A DNA stretch of 64,000 nucleotides from Fistulifera solaris (taxonomy: Eukaryota), in NCBI GenBank assembly GCA_030295235.1, contig AP026148.1, positions 1-64,000 of the forward strand, written 5' to 3'. Under the pieces are notes generated by a model. The model did not search any database. It was not told where the DNA came from and saw nothing but the letters and a program-made list of their open reading frames with translations. Positions 24,780-38,402 of this stretch are shown piece by piece. Every line of letters starts with the position of its first letter. Within the stretch, counting starts at the first letter, position 1. A program made the position numbers and the translations under genes.

Positions 24780-26459
24780 TTACAACATTGGAAGAATGAC
24801 TTCATCTACAGCATGTAGCACACTATTATTACAAGCCGCAAGATCCACAAGAACGACCAAAGGTAATGCGGTTGCGTCGTTGCCTTGACCCGCTAGAAAA
24901 ATATCGTCGTTCTCACAAAAGGTGCGACTCGTTTGACCATTGACCATTAACACCTCGCTATCGCATACTAGATCCGTCGAGTAGACGGCGCCTTCAACTA
25001 AATGATAAAGTAGGATGTCGGTCAGGAGATCATTGTCGGCTATAACTATGTCGAGTGTGGCTCCCAAATTCGAGAACGCAATATTGGTTGGGGCGAACAA
25101 GGTAAAAGACCCTTCGCTCAGAGTTCCTGCCAAGTCGGCTTGTGTCACAGCAGAACAAAGAGTGGAAAGATTTTCTGTGCTGCATGCTATTTCGACTGCA
25201 CAACGAAGATAAAGTCAATATGAGCCATTAGCAAGTGATCTAGCACAAAGTTTCTGCGGCTGCGACGACGACGAATACTACGTACCGATAGATCGACATT
25301 CTCCGACCGGTGCTTCCATGGGAGTTACTACCGGGAATGCCATCGGATCTTTTTCTGATTCGTTTAGACTAGGCAAAAGGACATCGCTTACCAGATGCAG
25401 TACACCATTGCAGGCGTGAACGGATAATTCAATTTGGGGCAACGATGAGGCTTCGTTTCCGTTGGCGACTTGAAAGATTGAATCAGCGTGACAAACTGTT
25501 GTTGTTTGTTGACTATTTGCCATGGTTAAAGTGCCACCGCACTCCAAAGAACTCGAGTAAATAACGCCTTCAATTGCGTGTGTGAGTAAGATATCTGTTA
25601 GAAGCGAATTGTTCGCTAGAGCTGTCGTAAGCGTATTGCCAAGTCTCGCAAAAGCATCGTTCGTCGGAGCGAATATCGTCCAGGACCCTCCACCCAAAGC
25701 CTCCCGTAAACCAGCTTGTGTGATTGCTGTGCACAGCGTTGAAAACAAACTAGATTCGCATACAATATCAGCTGATTATGATGAACCAAAGTGTTCGTTT
25801 AGATAAAGCTCTTGTGATAACTCGTTTTCGCTGAATAAGCAAGAGACGTACCAATGGTTTTACAGCCAGCCGGTATCTGAGATTCAGGGCCAAGTTCAGC
25901 TGGTAAAAGAACTTCATCCACCATATGTACTACTCCGGAACAGGTTTTGATATTACTGGCTACCACTTGAGGCATTGCACCCAAACCATTCCCCCTGTCC
26001 TTTTTGATAGATAGAGTCTCTTTGACATTCCGTTCTACTTGTCTGCCCGTTTGCCATTTCTAACGATCCTGAGCAAGTCAAATCCTCCGCATTGACGATT
26101 CCTTGAACCGTATGATATAAAATTACGCCCGCAAGAACGTCAGCATTTCCAAGTACAACTCCAAGTCGATCGCCAAGTTTGAAAAAAGCGCCGTTTGTCG
26201 GCGCGAAGACAGTCCAATTTCCTCTATTCAGCTGTGTTCCGATGCCCGCTTGCGTTACAGAAGCGCAAAGCATAGAAAGCGTACTGACGCGGCATATAAA
26301 ATCGACTGTCAAGAAAGATTTGTGTGAGGTAACGTGGACTTACGAGAATGAATTGTGAGGACTTTTTCGACAACGCTTACCAATACTAATGCATTGTGCA
26401 CTCGTAGGCGCCAAAACAGCCGCGGAAACAACAATAAGAAGACCAACAGATCTCTTCAT
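24780..26459 (-). CDS. Secreted fasciclin protein, 3 FAS1 domains
   Basis: Signal peptide MKRSVGLLIVVSAAVLAPTSAQCISI from ATG 26459. Domain exons at ~26305-25852, 25771-25285 and 25195-24780 (WTVFAPTN, WTIFAPTN, FTLFAPTN). One frameshift near 25995. Confidence 0.92.
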
Positions 26460-27948
26460 CTTACTTATTGCTTTATGGAATAAAGAGAACGATTCTTTAA
26501 CAACAATCGTGTGAATCATCAGCCTTTCGTCTCATTCGAATTATGTGTCATGTTTTCCTTCTTTTCATTTTGCTTTGCGTGCGCAAAACTGGATGGCACA
26601 TGACACATGACACATGCTATTTCGTAATTCATGATCTATGATACCGGAATTTTCTAGTGCAAATTTGTCGAGCGTAAGAAAGTCCTAAAAGTTCTCGATG
26701 AAAAATAGATCAAGCCAGAGATCCCCATTTTAATTTGTTTAGCTTTGCATATTAATTTTGCTTTTCTTATTCAGCCAATCAAATCGCTTGATTGATTTAG
26801 CCTTTTGTATACCGTAAACAACGCAACGGAAAACCCCATCACGACTGTCCGCCATCGGTGGTCGATGGTCACTTTTCAAGTATTCAACGGTTTACCGTAT
26901 TCAATAAACTCTTCAGCGAATAATCACCCAAATGTTGCTTTCAGATAGAACGATATTCAAAGGCCCTCTCTAGATTTTCTAGACTGAAAAGCGCGCCCTG
27001 TTATCTGGGTCAACATTGCCGCCATAGTAAGAAGAGTAATGTATCGGTTATTCTCGTCTCCGCTTCTGACTGTTGCCATTCGATGAAAGATTGAGAGGAA
27101 TTTAGTCGAGAGCGACACACTCCAAATACTTCGGAAAAATGAAAGAGTTAGACTAACAACTTAAGTGTGATGTGACTTTTGTAAGAGAAATGTGTCGCAA
27201 ACATCCTAAATCTTCAATCTAAGCCAGAAAACAATAGTCTATCTAAAGTCTCAGTGGTAATAAAGGTCACTAATAACTGGTGAATGGCTGGTGACGTGAC
27301 TTGACACTTGACCTGGAATTCGTTTTAGTTTGAGGTTAACCACGAGCCACAGAGTACAACCGTCTAATCACAAATCACAACGAGGCATAAGTCACTGACT
27401 GCTTTGCTTTATAAAAGAATACAGCAAAGTGTGTAGTAAACAACGACACAAGACACATTTCAGAAACCAGAGAATATTGTTTGTAGAATCTACGATAAGT
27501 GACTGTACCTTCGATTTGCCCAACAGTTTACGCTTCTATCAATGCTACAGATCATCTGGTAAAAACGGTTGATGTTGAAAGTTGATCCCATTACAATACT
27601 ACTCTTTTCGTGATACATAAAGTGAAAAACTTAGGCCCTCAAAGTAGCAGGGTTAAGTCTAATTTACGAATGTCTTGTTTGTTCACGAATCTTACATGTT
27701 GATCTTGGATTAGTACTTATTTAAATTGTTCACTTTTATCGCTGGGTCAAGGGCAATTGTTGAAATTTATTACTGCAAACTACAAAAGATGTCGAGTGCT
27801 CAATAGTTACGAAAGCTTCCAGCTCGTGAAAATCGCGTTGCCTTCGTTTTCGGCAGCTCCCCAAGGTCCCAAAGCGTCGCGTTATTATGATCTCCATGAA
27901 CGCATAGACGAGAAGTATTGTTACAAACCTTTCATTTGGCGGCTGAAC

Positions 27949-28662
27949 ATGTACATACCGGCAAATGAATCCTCGACACGAACTGTCGACGACGAATGCC
28001 TTTGTGAGCTTTCGATGCCACTCTATCAAGAAGAATCCCCGTCACGGAATCAAAAAAAGACAGTGTCGTTTGCTTCGGAAGCCTTATTATACTCGACTCC
28101 TTTCTTCATGGATGAGATCCGTGCGCTATGGTATAGCCAGGACGAATACTTATCACTGAGAGAGGAGCGTCGCACAGCAGTCAAACTTCTTCGAGTCTAC
28201 GGCGTTGAAACCGTGAAGAGAAAGGTTTGCCTTCGTGGTTTAGAAGCGTACTTTTCAGTAGAGACAAACCGAGCGATGAAAGAGGCACGGGATCTAGCTG
28301 TTATCAGTGTTTTGCATGAACAAGATCTACAGAGAAAGCTTGGCTTTTACGATGCAGAAGGCTTGCGAAGTGTTTACGTTCCCGCAACGCAATGTATGCG
28401 CGATTTTGCACTGCAACTAGCGCGCAATAATGACTCCCTCTCGGTTGACAAGTTGGGACTTACTTTGACGCAATCTATTCCGATGAATACTAGGAATACC
28501 TTTCAAGACGCCATGACTCAGCAACGAACACAGAAACGGCAATTACGGGAAGATATCGAAGGCATGGATCGAATAATTAAAAATACCAAAGCACTCGACA
28601 TCAACACGTCGAGTCGAGCATATCACGACGAGTTTGCACATGTACGCATCAACCGTATTTAA
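27949..28662 (+). CDS. Hypothetical protein with KTVSF / LWYS..EY / CLRGLE / VL.EQ..Q motif series
   Basis: Intact ORF; first in-frame ATG at 27949. The motif series resembles an uncharacterised family I recall as expanded in diatoms (not verified here). Confidence 0.7.
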   Translation: MYIPANESSTRTVDDECLCELSMPLYQEESPSRNQKKTVSFASEALLYSTPFFMDEIRALWYSQDEYLSLREERRTAVKLLRVYGVETVKRKVCLRGLEAYFSVETNRAMKEARDLAVISVLHEQDLQRKLGFYDAEGLRSVYVPATQCMRDFALQLARNNDSLSVDKLGLTLTQSIPMNTRNTFQDAMTQQRTQKRQLREDIEGMDRIIKNTKALDINTSSRAYHDEFAHVRINRI

Positions 28663-28823
28663 ACTTCATAGGAAAGCTAATACGCCGTACATTAAACAGT
28701 TTTGATTTTTAATGAAACTAAATTACGTAGGTATCATTCATCATGCGTGCTGAAGCTGCAACGCACAATCCTCCTTTCGAGTCTGGGTTGATATAACTAA
28801 CTTCATTCGATTACCCTGTCGGA

Positions 28824-29655
28824 CTAAATACGGCGGTTGGGAGGAGGAACCCGAATTTGTGTCGCATGATTGCTAGTTGTAGCACTCCACCAGCTTGAAC
28901 GTGAGACCCACATCATGGCACTCATAATCAACCCAGCTGATTTAGGAAATCCCTCATCAGGCACTTTGGGGGAAGCCCGTTGTTGTGATCGAAGGGAAGG
29001 AGGTTTGCGCTCATTTGATCTGACATGTCGAATTTGTTTCCCTGTCTTTGTATCACTCTGTCGAGCATGAGTCGGCTTGCTTCGATTATGGGGCCCTCTC
29101 CTGGGAGCATCTTTTCCAATAGCATTGTTGTCTTCTTTTGTTTTGTAGTCTACAGCTTTACGCACTTCTTCTCGATGCATCGCGATTTCTTTTAAAACAG
29201 AGTCGTTCGTCTTCACCCGTATCGGACGAAGCTGAAAGCGATCGCACGTTTCAGCATCCCACTTTCTTTCCTTTTTCGGTAGATCAGGGCGACTCATGAA
29301 CTGCGGCTTGTGCGTCGGTTGCGAATCGGTCCACATTCCCTTTTGTTTCGCTTCAAACAATGCCTTTTCAAGCTCTTTTCTTTTGCTGCCACAGAAGATC
29401 AATATCGGTTCGAATATCGACGTGATTGGTCGAGATTTGATCATCTGTAATGAAGCTGTAAAGAAGATCATTGCAGCTGCTACTGCAGTCAGGAAATGAA
29501 GTATTGACAATACTAGGCTTTGTGACGCAGGACGCTGATCGACTCATGAGATCTTCTTGTGTCGTAATTAACGAGAAAAACTCGGAATCCAAGGAAATCG
29601 ACACCACGGACCTTTCTTCCTCTTCAATTTCCTTCTTGTTTCTAAGTTCTGCCAT
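28824..29655 (-). CDS. Hypothetical protein (frameshift near 29380)
   Basis: ORFs 29368-29673 and 28824-29510 overlap on the same strand. Low-complexity hydrophilic product. Confidence 0.55.
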
Positions 29656-30142
29656 GGTGACTTTTGCGAACACTTACCTTCTAGAAGCAAGTTGAATTGT
29701 TACTTCTCCTTACGTGTTGCGATTGTGGTGAATATGCCTTCATTTTTGTTCGCTGCTTGTTGAACGCGCAGAATCGGACCACCTACTGTGTAAAGAGGGA
29801 CAAGAAAGTCCTTCAATATCTTTTCTGCTTACATTAAGCTTGCATTCCTTTTTCAAAGACGATATTTACGTATCCTTGAAACTTGAAACGAAAAAAAGTG
29901 TTCAGAGCCGATTGTGGATGTTTTACAAATAAATGGTCTCGATATGCAGTAGGGATAAAGGACTATGTTGTGAATCCTCAACCTTAAAACCCATACGGGT
30001 AGCTGGCTTTCCGCATGACGTATAATCGATCACTGCATTGTGCATTGTGCATTGTGAATGTTTCTGAAAGCCAACAGCTTACACAACGAACAGAAGAGAG
30101 GTTACAGTACGGCACAAAGCATGAACAAGAACAATCCGCTAT

Positions 30143-30663
30143 TCATGACTGAAATGCAGTCGTGGCAAAGTCTGTTGTCGATGCGAAAGACAACTATCAC
30201 TATCCGCAGCCCTTTCGCCATCCCGAATCAATCCGTGCGCTACAAATGCGGCTGATGGATATTAAAACCGATTCAATAGCGGAGAAGTGATTCAGACAAC
30301 CATCTTACTAGAGTATTTAAACGAGGAATGAGTCATTATTTCCTTCATGGACCGGAGTTGTGCCGAGATAACTGTTGATGATTGCCGTGTGGTTACAATG
30401 TTGACTAAAGCGTGATTTGGATTGCTTGGGAGCATCTGAGTAACTGTTACAGAATGAACTATTGTCTACTGTTAACTGGCTTGCTTGCTTCGTGAGAACG
30501 GTAATAGGAATCTGGAACTTTAGTTTGTGAAACGAAGACTTATGACAAAGCCAAGTGTGAACCTAGTCTATATATCGTGGATCCATGCGTTCGTCAGTGT
30601 AAACTGTGAATTCTTACACGAGGCAAGAAGTAACCACGTCTCGTGACTTAAATCCAGTCGTAA
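30143..30663 (+). promoter_or_regulatory. Dyad element copies 5-6 (30143-30165, 30641-30663)
   Basis: TCATGACTGAAATGCAGTCGTGG and TCGTGACTTAAATCCAGTCGTAA. Confidence 0.65.
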
Positions 30664-31506
30664 AACTATGGGCTACGATAAAGAGAACATTACTACGTAT
30701 TTAAAAACCAAGAACCAACGAACACGAAGCGACAAAGAAAGATTTAAGATGCTGCTGTCTGCTGTTGCAACAGGAGCAACTGGAAAGCGCGAACAAGATA
30801 GAACTTGGAAATGTGAATCGACCGTCCCCACTTCCAACACAAACAAGGATACAGCCTTTCCAATGAGCCGTTTCTCACTACTTAGCGTTTCATTTCGAAT
30901 GGTGTTCGTGCAAAGACCCTGACTGTACTATTTATCGGACATGGTTCAGTACTGGGACTGGGCATTTAGCACCAATTATTTGAACGGTCACTGCACCAAA
31001 AATCATAAAATGTTGTCAAATTTTTCAAGAAGCGTTTCCCTTATGCTGCTCAAAGAAATCGCAGCGGTATCTTAGGCCGATCTATACTTTTCGTTCTGCT
31101 GACGTAAAGGAACTAATAGCACAGTTTCTAGATGTTTTCATCAATTTAAGAAAGCTTTCGTTGAAATACCTTATTTATTCTTATTCAAGCTGTTTTTCTC
31201 ACTCAAATCTTCTATTTTTGAAGTTTAAGTTGTGAATTTGAACACTGTCTGATATGCAGTATTATGTGTCAAGACACACCGAATTCCCCGATCTCTGCAT
31301 TCCTTACAACATTTCGTCGTGGCGGTAATCGTGGAGATCTGATCGTTGCGATTGCCAACTGCATACGCTTCTGTACTATTTATTGATCGACCGTGATCGA
31401 ACCTTGACAAAAAGTCAACTCAATGGTTCAGATGTGCAGTGCAAGCACAATTGCAGCGCAAAGAGTTTATCGTTCATTTTCCCCTCATCAAACAGAATAA
31501 TACACC

Positions 31507-32163
31507 ATGACTGCTGATACCTGGAAAGATGATTTCGTTATCGACTTCAACAATCAGCTAGTCGATCTCTCCAATCTGCTCTCAACTCGAGCACAAAGGA
31601 GGAACACCTTCAAGGAAGTGCCTATCTTATCACCTAAACGGCCGCCTCGAAGACGTTTATACCCTATTGTACCAAAAGCGGATTCGATCGAGAAAGAACA
31701 GCTTACGAAAGAGATGGAGCAACTAACACTGGACAATGGCTACGCTCCGAGAAAACACAACCTTCGTGACACATTTAACCTACAAAGCGCCCCTTTACTT
31801 CAAGAAGACTATCCGCACCTTCCGCTTTCGCCTCCTCCTCGTCCCGGAACAGCAACCTTCTGCTCACCGAGAAATTCACGAAAAGAAGACGAGAAGATTG
31901 CGAAAATGTCCAAGGAGAACGGATCGAATGGACCTATGCAAATTGAAGTGTATCCAGGCATATTCGCACCTCTGAGGGGCGCGGAAGAAACAAACCGAGC
32001 GTTCGCGCTTCAACAATATAAGGACGTGACCTGCTTCGATTGTTCTGCAAAGTTAAGATGCATACAAGATGCAGAGTACGTACTATGTCCCAAATGCAAA
32101 GTAATCAGTCCACTTTTGACTGAGAACGGACAAGGAATCGGACTAGGATTGTTGATCGGATAG
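31507..32163 (+). CDS. Hypothetical protein with C-terminal C4 zinc-ribbon-like domain
   Basis: Intact 218-aa ORF with IEVYPG..LRGAEET, CFDC...C...CPKC and a terminal G.G.GLG. Confidence 0.8.
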   Translation: MTADTWKDDFVIDFNNQLVDLSNLLSTRAQRRNTFKEVPILSPKRPPRRRLYPIVPKADSIEKEQLTKEMEQLTLDNGYAPRKHNLRDTFNLQSAPLLQEDYPHLPLSPPPRPGTATFCSPRNSRKEDEKIAKMSKENGSNGPMQIEVYPGIFAPLRGAEETNRAFALQQYKDVTCFDCSAKLRCIQDAEYVLCPKCKVISPLLTENGQGIGLGLLIG

Positions 32164-32412
32164 AACATAAACATTCATTATTATTAACCAGCTTCAGTTT
32201 TGTCATAACTTTGTCATTTAATCTTGCTTGTTGGTTATTAGAATGATCTTCGCTTACTATGACAACTACAAATGATACATAACAGAAATAATCCCAGCGA
32301 AAAAAATAGTCGATGGTGCTATAGAGAATAGACAGATTAAGAGGTACGGTGCTAAAAACTAGTAAATTTCTTATTTATTCAATGCAAAGAAATGGTAGCT
32401 ACCGATTATTCG

Positions 32413-33739
32413 TCACCTTTGATCACTTTCAAGCGAGAGTAGCGAGAACGAGTCCTCGAAAGAAGCAACGCGATTCGAAATTGCTAATTGTTGGTCGGTG
32501 CTTTTCGGGCTAAGCTGGTCTGAAGTTGAGGGCGATGGTCGTTTGGATGCCCTTCGGGTGGCTTCCTTCTGTGCTGGCTTTGCCCAAATCTCTCGTTCCA
32601 AGAGAAAAGAACCACTCTCCGAGACAAACGTATCAACAAAAGTATCATCCTCTTCAGATGAGATACACTCACCTCTTGCTAGTTTAATCGAGTCGACGGC
32701 CGAACAAAAGGGTTTCGGGTCTAGTGAAGAATATGAATCGGCGAAAGTACCGAGAGCCGTATCCTCCTCCGAAGGCAAGTACTCGCGTGTCGCTGCGCGA
32801 GCACTTTCAGAGGCCATTGACATTTGAGCATTTTGCTGGCTAATGAGTACGAGTGGTTCGATCTCGTCTGGGCTTAAGTGTCTCGCTGGTGGCCGCGGGG
32901 CAGCTCGGTTTACCGGAGATTGGTTAGCATCACTCAAGAATCTATGCGTGTTTCTTTCCGAATGGCAGCTACGATGATGGAGCTTATCTCCCGACGGATG
33001 CTGAGAGTATTTGAGATCGAGCGACGGCATTTTTGAGTTGATGATTAACTCATGAGCAGGCACCACGTGTCGGCGATCGTCTCGTACAGGCCGCTGTTCT
33101 CGACTTTTTCTTCTCTCTTTCGATCTGCAGTGCAATCTTCATGTCGATTTGTTTCTGTTCTTTGAGTTTTTGTTGAATCATCTTTAAATCTCGCTTTTCT
33201 TGTTCGCGTGTGTAACGCTCTGCGTCACCAAAACTTCGATGTTTCCCTTTTGTCGAACTAACCCTTCGCTCTCTTTCTTTTTCTTCCTTAACCATCTGTT
33301 TCATTCGCTTTTTCCGTTCATTTCGCTCCTTTTTCTCCTGCAATTCACGTTCTAGCTGCGCATGCATGGTCTTGAGCATTCTGATCGTAATATCTTCATC
33401 TTCGAGTTGTAACACAGTTCTTCCCCCCAAGGGAAGTATCATTTCAGTTTTTTCTCCAGGTACCGGTTGCGGTAATTCGTAAGTCTCAATAGGGCTCTTT
33501 TCTACAATGGTTGATGCAGTGAGACTCTCTTGTCGTCGAACCCGTCGATTCGTAGGTGCTACATTGACGTTTTGCAAAGGATCTAAGCCCGTCAGTCCAC
33601 TGCGAGTTGTGATAGTGCTTGTGCTCGATATGAACGTGTTGTCTTCATCGCGAAGACTCGCCAATGTATCCGAATGACGAACCTCAATCGTCATAAACTT
33701 TCTCGAGTCTCGTCGTTGTAGTAGATCTTCGGGGATCAT
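32413..33739 (-). CDS. Hypothetical protein with central coiled coil (frameshift near 33130)
   Basis: ORFs 33050-33739 and 32413-33135 overlap on the same strand. Confidence 0.65.
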
Positions 33740-36145
33740 TTCTGAAGAAGGAGCAGAAAGAAAGAGCGCGAATTGTTTCTCCTTTGTCCGAGCGCAACTT
33801 CAGTCAGACTGAATACCTCAATGATATTGTCAAAGGTATTAAAAGATAGGGAGGAAGGAAGGAAACAAAGAAAGAAAGCTAGATGCTATCTACCAGGTAC
33901 TGGTTATTGAAGGCGTTTCGTTTTTTCTTTCTCTTTCTTGTCCAAAACATAAAACACAGCAAGTGTCGGGTGTGCGGTTTTTGACGCCCAACGCCCACGA
34001 TCGAAAATTGAAATCATCTACGACGGTGCATACCTGGTACAGTACTGGACCGGTACCGGTACTGGTTACACCCTCCATTCAATTCTGCCTACAGTAAAAA
34101 GTGTCGCTGTTCGCTGTCCTTTGGTTACTGGAAGGCTTTTTCGTAAATGCACTATTTGCAAATATACTGAAATGAGAGCATTCATAGTAATTCAAGACCG
34201 AGCCTCAAAAAATAACGCTAAGGCCTTTCTCATCCATCATAGTCTAGAGAAGAGACACGATAGATACTTCACAAGGAATCAAATTTGTATGATTACCACT
34301 GCGCTTTCCTACTAACAGAAAATAAAATAATGATCTGCTCAAAATCACGTGTTGATTTGATGATGTTCTACGTAGCAAAGGATCTTCTCGCTACTCGCTC
34401 AAGAGCACTAATTGACTTTGGGATCTTGCGTGATTGATCATTGATCGCCATCTCGTTTGTCGCAATGCTCAATGTGCGATCGCATTATTTTTGAATCAGT
34501 AGCTATTGACACTGGCAAACAGCTTGACCAAACGATGCCGATTTCTCATTTATCAACCATAAATGTAGACTAATCTAGCGCTCTAGGTTTAGGATTACCG
34601 CTCGTGGTCATTAGGTTCTCCGTCGTTCGCTTCTCGGTTGGCGGGGGCTGGGGTTGGGAAAGGGTAGCACGACGCGATTTTACTCTTGACTTGGGGTACG
34701 GGGGTTAGGGGGCAGGTTGTGGTGTAGGAATACATAGGAAGGCTACTGCGCAACATGATTAGGGTCTGATACATTGAGTCGGCTCGAAGGTCACGGTCAC
34801 TATTTTGATTCGCAATGCGTGTCGGTAAAGGTTCAGACATTCCATTCACAGATAGAGATTGCGAGGATTCTCATAGTGCAAACGTTCCACAGCAGATAAT
34901 TCCTCTTCCACGGTGAAACTCTGATAGTGAGAATGCCACTGACCTAACAAGCAAGAGATGATACCCTGCTGCAGCTCGGGGTTTCACCGAACTCAGTATC
35001 TATGTCATCTTCATCTCCACATGAGTGTGCACTCACTTTTTCATTTGTTGGTGAGAAGGCACGGAACCTGAACCTACGATGTGAATGCTCACCAGCAAAC
35101 AATTCATCATCTTCTTCATGTGACTGCGATGGAAATGTCAATCCCTGCGCGGACTGCTCGTGAAATTAACCGACAATCAAACCACTTAAAAATACTGATG
35201 CTATGGGAAGCAAAATTGGGACGAAAGACGACCGTCTAAAGTTGTCTATCAAGATGGCGTCACATTTACTTTCCTCACGTTTTCTTCACGACGAAGATGC
35301 TTCAGTTGTCAAGTACGGCAACTATTCGTGCGAGTAATCCTAAGGTCTTTTGATATCAATCAGGCGTAAATGCACATACTAGAAATCAACTTTTTGCTCT
35401 CGAAATGTATCTCTTATCCCATCGTTCAATTTTGTGGTTTGGTTAGTCATTTGGACTATTCACCTTGTTTGATTATCAGCAGTCGTCGCAAATGCAACAT
35501 CGATCCAGCTGATTTTCCGTTTCGTCGCTCTCCCACCAACAATAACTCGAATTAAGGTTAACGATGAAATTCTTGAAGAATAGTGTGAGTCACAGACAAG
35601 TGTTGTCAGTTGTGAGTACTGGTAACTGGTAGTGGGTACTGGTATGACGCACAATCTGTGACATTTATCATTTATTATCTTAAAAAAAGGACCTAAGCTT
35701 AAACTGATACAACAGATACTGACTTATGACCTTTCTGGGTAGCTTTATTCAAGATGCTGGGGAACAATTTCCGGCCCTCCTTCGTTAAATGCAGTAACAA
35801 CTTATCAGGCTGGTTAATATTGCCCTCCCTTAACGAATAAGGTATTTGCTGATCACGGTGCGATGGATTTGTGCTCTTTCTCGGATACTTCTTGCTTCTT
35901 CCATTCATTTTTACTGTCAAGATTCCAAGTGCCGAGGCTTTTTATTCCTTTCTACTCACTTTCCCACTTCCTGCATCCCACTTCGCTCGACGGCGCATTT
36001 TCGTCGTATTCACTTATTGATGCGTTTTTTCATCCAACATTTTCAATTTTGAAAAAAAGTGCTTCTTATCTTCTTCGGCAAGTCGTCGCCATCCATCGGC
36101 CTATGAAGAATCGTCAAACTCTTAAAAACAAAAGTAACCACGACG

Positions 36146-36649
36146 ATGAAAGCCTTTGAAAAATTTACGCTGAAACGATTACGTACGCCCTTCGCGAAAG
36201 CCATAGCCATTCAGCAAAACATCCTTTTAAATGACACGTTGCCCGACTTGTCGCCTGCCGATAGTTACTCGATATCGTCATCAAGTGTTGCCGGCAGCGA
36301 TCGCTCCGTATGTACAAATGCATCACTGCAACAAACCAGTGTCGTGATACAATCTCGATTCTCTAGAATTGTACAAGAAATCCATACCGATCTCCGACAA
36401 AGCATGCAAATGCGACGGAAACAACGCAGCGCTAGACAACAATGGCTCGGACAACAATCACCGGAGTGCCAGTCGAGTGAAATCGTCATGCGGGAGTCTC
36501 CCCGAAAAGACTCTCAGCAATCCATGTCGTTTCTTCCCGAGACGCTGCAAGTCAAACGAAAACTTGTCGCAGTTCGGGAACAACAAGTCCGAAATTTACT
36601 CGCGACAGAGCGACTCATGCTACAACAAGTTGCCTTATCGAAACGGTAG
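36146..36649 (+). CDS. Hypothetical protein (167 aa)
   Basis: Intact ATG-initiated ORF, Ser/Gln/Arg-rich. Confidence 0.6.
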   Translation: MKAFEKFTLKRLRTPFAKAIAIQQNILLNDTLPDLSPADSYSISSSSVAGSDRSVCTNASLQQTSVVIQSRFSRIVQEIHTDLRQSMQMRRKQRSARQQWLGQQSPECQSSEIVMRESPRKDSQQSMSFLPETLQVKRKLVAVREQQVRNLLATERLMLQQVALSKR

Positions 36650-37233
36650 ACAACAACATACTTGACTGCCGCTCTGTTTATCAAATGTTACAGTCTGTTC
36701 CCTACTCTCATAGCAGGCGCTTTCAACATAATTTACTCAATTTAAAATATCTAGAGAGAGGACTGTTGACTTAAAGAAAGTAGTTCAAATCGATGGTGTA
36801 TTACTTCCAGGAGTAGTTCCGACCTACAGTTCGCTGTTGCAACTAAAAAAAACCTGGTTGTCGCCGGACCAGTGAGTGCCGGTTAGTGACTGAAGCTCAG
36901 TTTCTGTAAGACATCATTTCAGATTCAGTATAGTTTGACGTTCGCATCTAAAAATACATAAGCCCTTTGAACTTCGATTTGTGGGAAGAAAAATATTGAG
37001 GATGTTGTTTGAATTGCCCGTGCTGCTCCGCGCTCCCGCACATCTTCGAAACGAACATCCCCGCTGATGTGTGTTCTTTGATTGCCGTCGGCGACGATGA
37101 TGATGTTTTACAATCATCCTTCAAATTTTCGCAATGAAAGGATCCTTGCCTACTTGCAAATTTGTTCACTCAGTAGAAAAGAATCATCTATGTTGCACCT
37201 TTCTTCCAAGCTTTCTTACTGACATTAAATTGA

Positions 37234-38402
37234 ATGAATCATCCATCGCATTTCAACCACGTTCGTCCTCGCGCAGCGGATATAGCTTCGTTAGAACACG
37301 CAAACACTCAGCAACAGCAACAGACTTTAAGCGGCTTTCTATTTCGTCTGGAATTAGAATTAGAAACAAATAGGCGAAAAAGGAATCAGCGGCGTTTACA
37401 GCATCCTACTTGCGCAGAAGCTTCGAATATCGCAATCCCTCAACATACAAATATTACCGAATCTCATGCAGATCGAAAGCCCGCGTCGTTCAAGCTGAAT
37501 GAGCTAGAGTTTTCTCGTCATTCTTGTACGCATAAAAAGGAGTCAAAAATAAAGGAAAAAGGAGAGAAACGCACTGGAACAAAACCACGACAAAGGCCGC
37601 AACATATACTAGATCGCCTGCAAAAACGCACATCGACGGGACCCGTTTCGCCGACCAAAGATCATTCAACAATCAGCAAACGAGCAACAGGAACTATGCT
37701 GATACCCGAAAGTCCACGCAATGGACGTCGGAGATCAATCAAGAACTGTACTGTACGATCTATCCTGCTACATGACTCGGAAAAGAAGAGCTGACACTGG
37801 AATGTCATGACATTGCTACTTCTTCCTCGTCAACGGACGAGCCCCTGGTCAGCAAATCCATTTCTCGCACTAATTCGTCCACAACGTATCAAGGTGACAG
37901 CAGTCAGAGTAGTAGTTCGCACGTAACCGACCTTTCGCACTACAGTGAGAAACTTGCTTTTCCGAATCAGCATCCCATTAGCGTCCGAACAAGCACCATC
38001 ACACGCAGATTATCTGCAAGCGTGCGGTTTAATGAAAGCCTGACGAACCTTGATTGCACTGGCGATACTCCTATGAATCTGTTTGAATCGAAAGATGCGG
38101 ATCTGTTGCCAGCCGGAGGCGTGCACGGAAGTAGCTTGAGCCTTTTGCATACGAGCTATAGCAGTTTACCGATTGACGATACCGACGGCTGTCACAGCTC
38201 TCCAGTCAAACGCCAGCGCGATCCTTTGCGCCGCAATCGCGAAATCTCTTCAGAGACCTTACGTCAACAACAGCGTCAGCTAGAGGAAACCTTGCGACAC
38301 ATTCAAGAGTCTCCGATGGCAATGCGGGAAACCGCGCACTCGTCAGGAAAGAGTTTAGTTTTGAGATTCGGCAGAAAGAAAAGGAACGGCTCCGCTGCAT
38401 GA
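37234..38402 (+). CDS. Hypothetical Ser/Arg-rich protein (frameshifted)
   Basis: ORFs 37234-37794 and 38022-38402 with coding-like Ser-rich sequence between them. Confidence 0.55.

Noticed and set aside
34700..34715. CCCTAACCC on the minus strand as a telomerase RNA template
   Set aside because: A 9-nt match alone is weak. I could not identify a snRNA-type promoter, pseudoknot or Pol III terminator around it.
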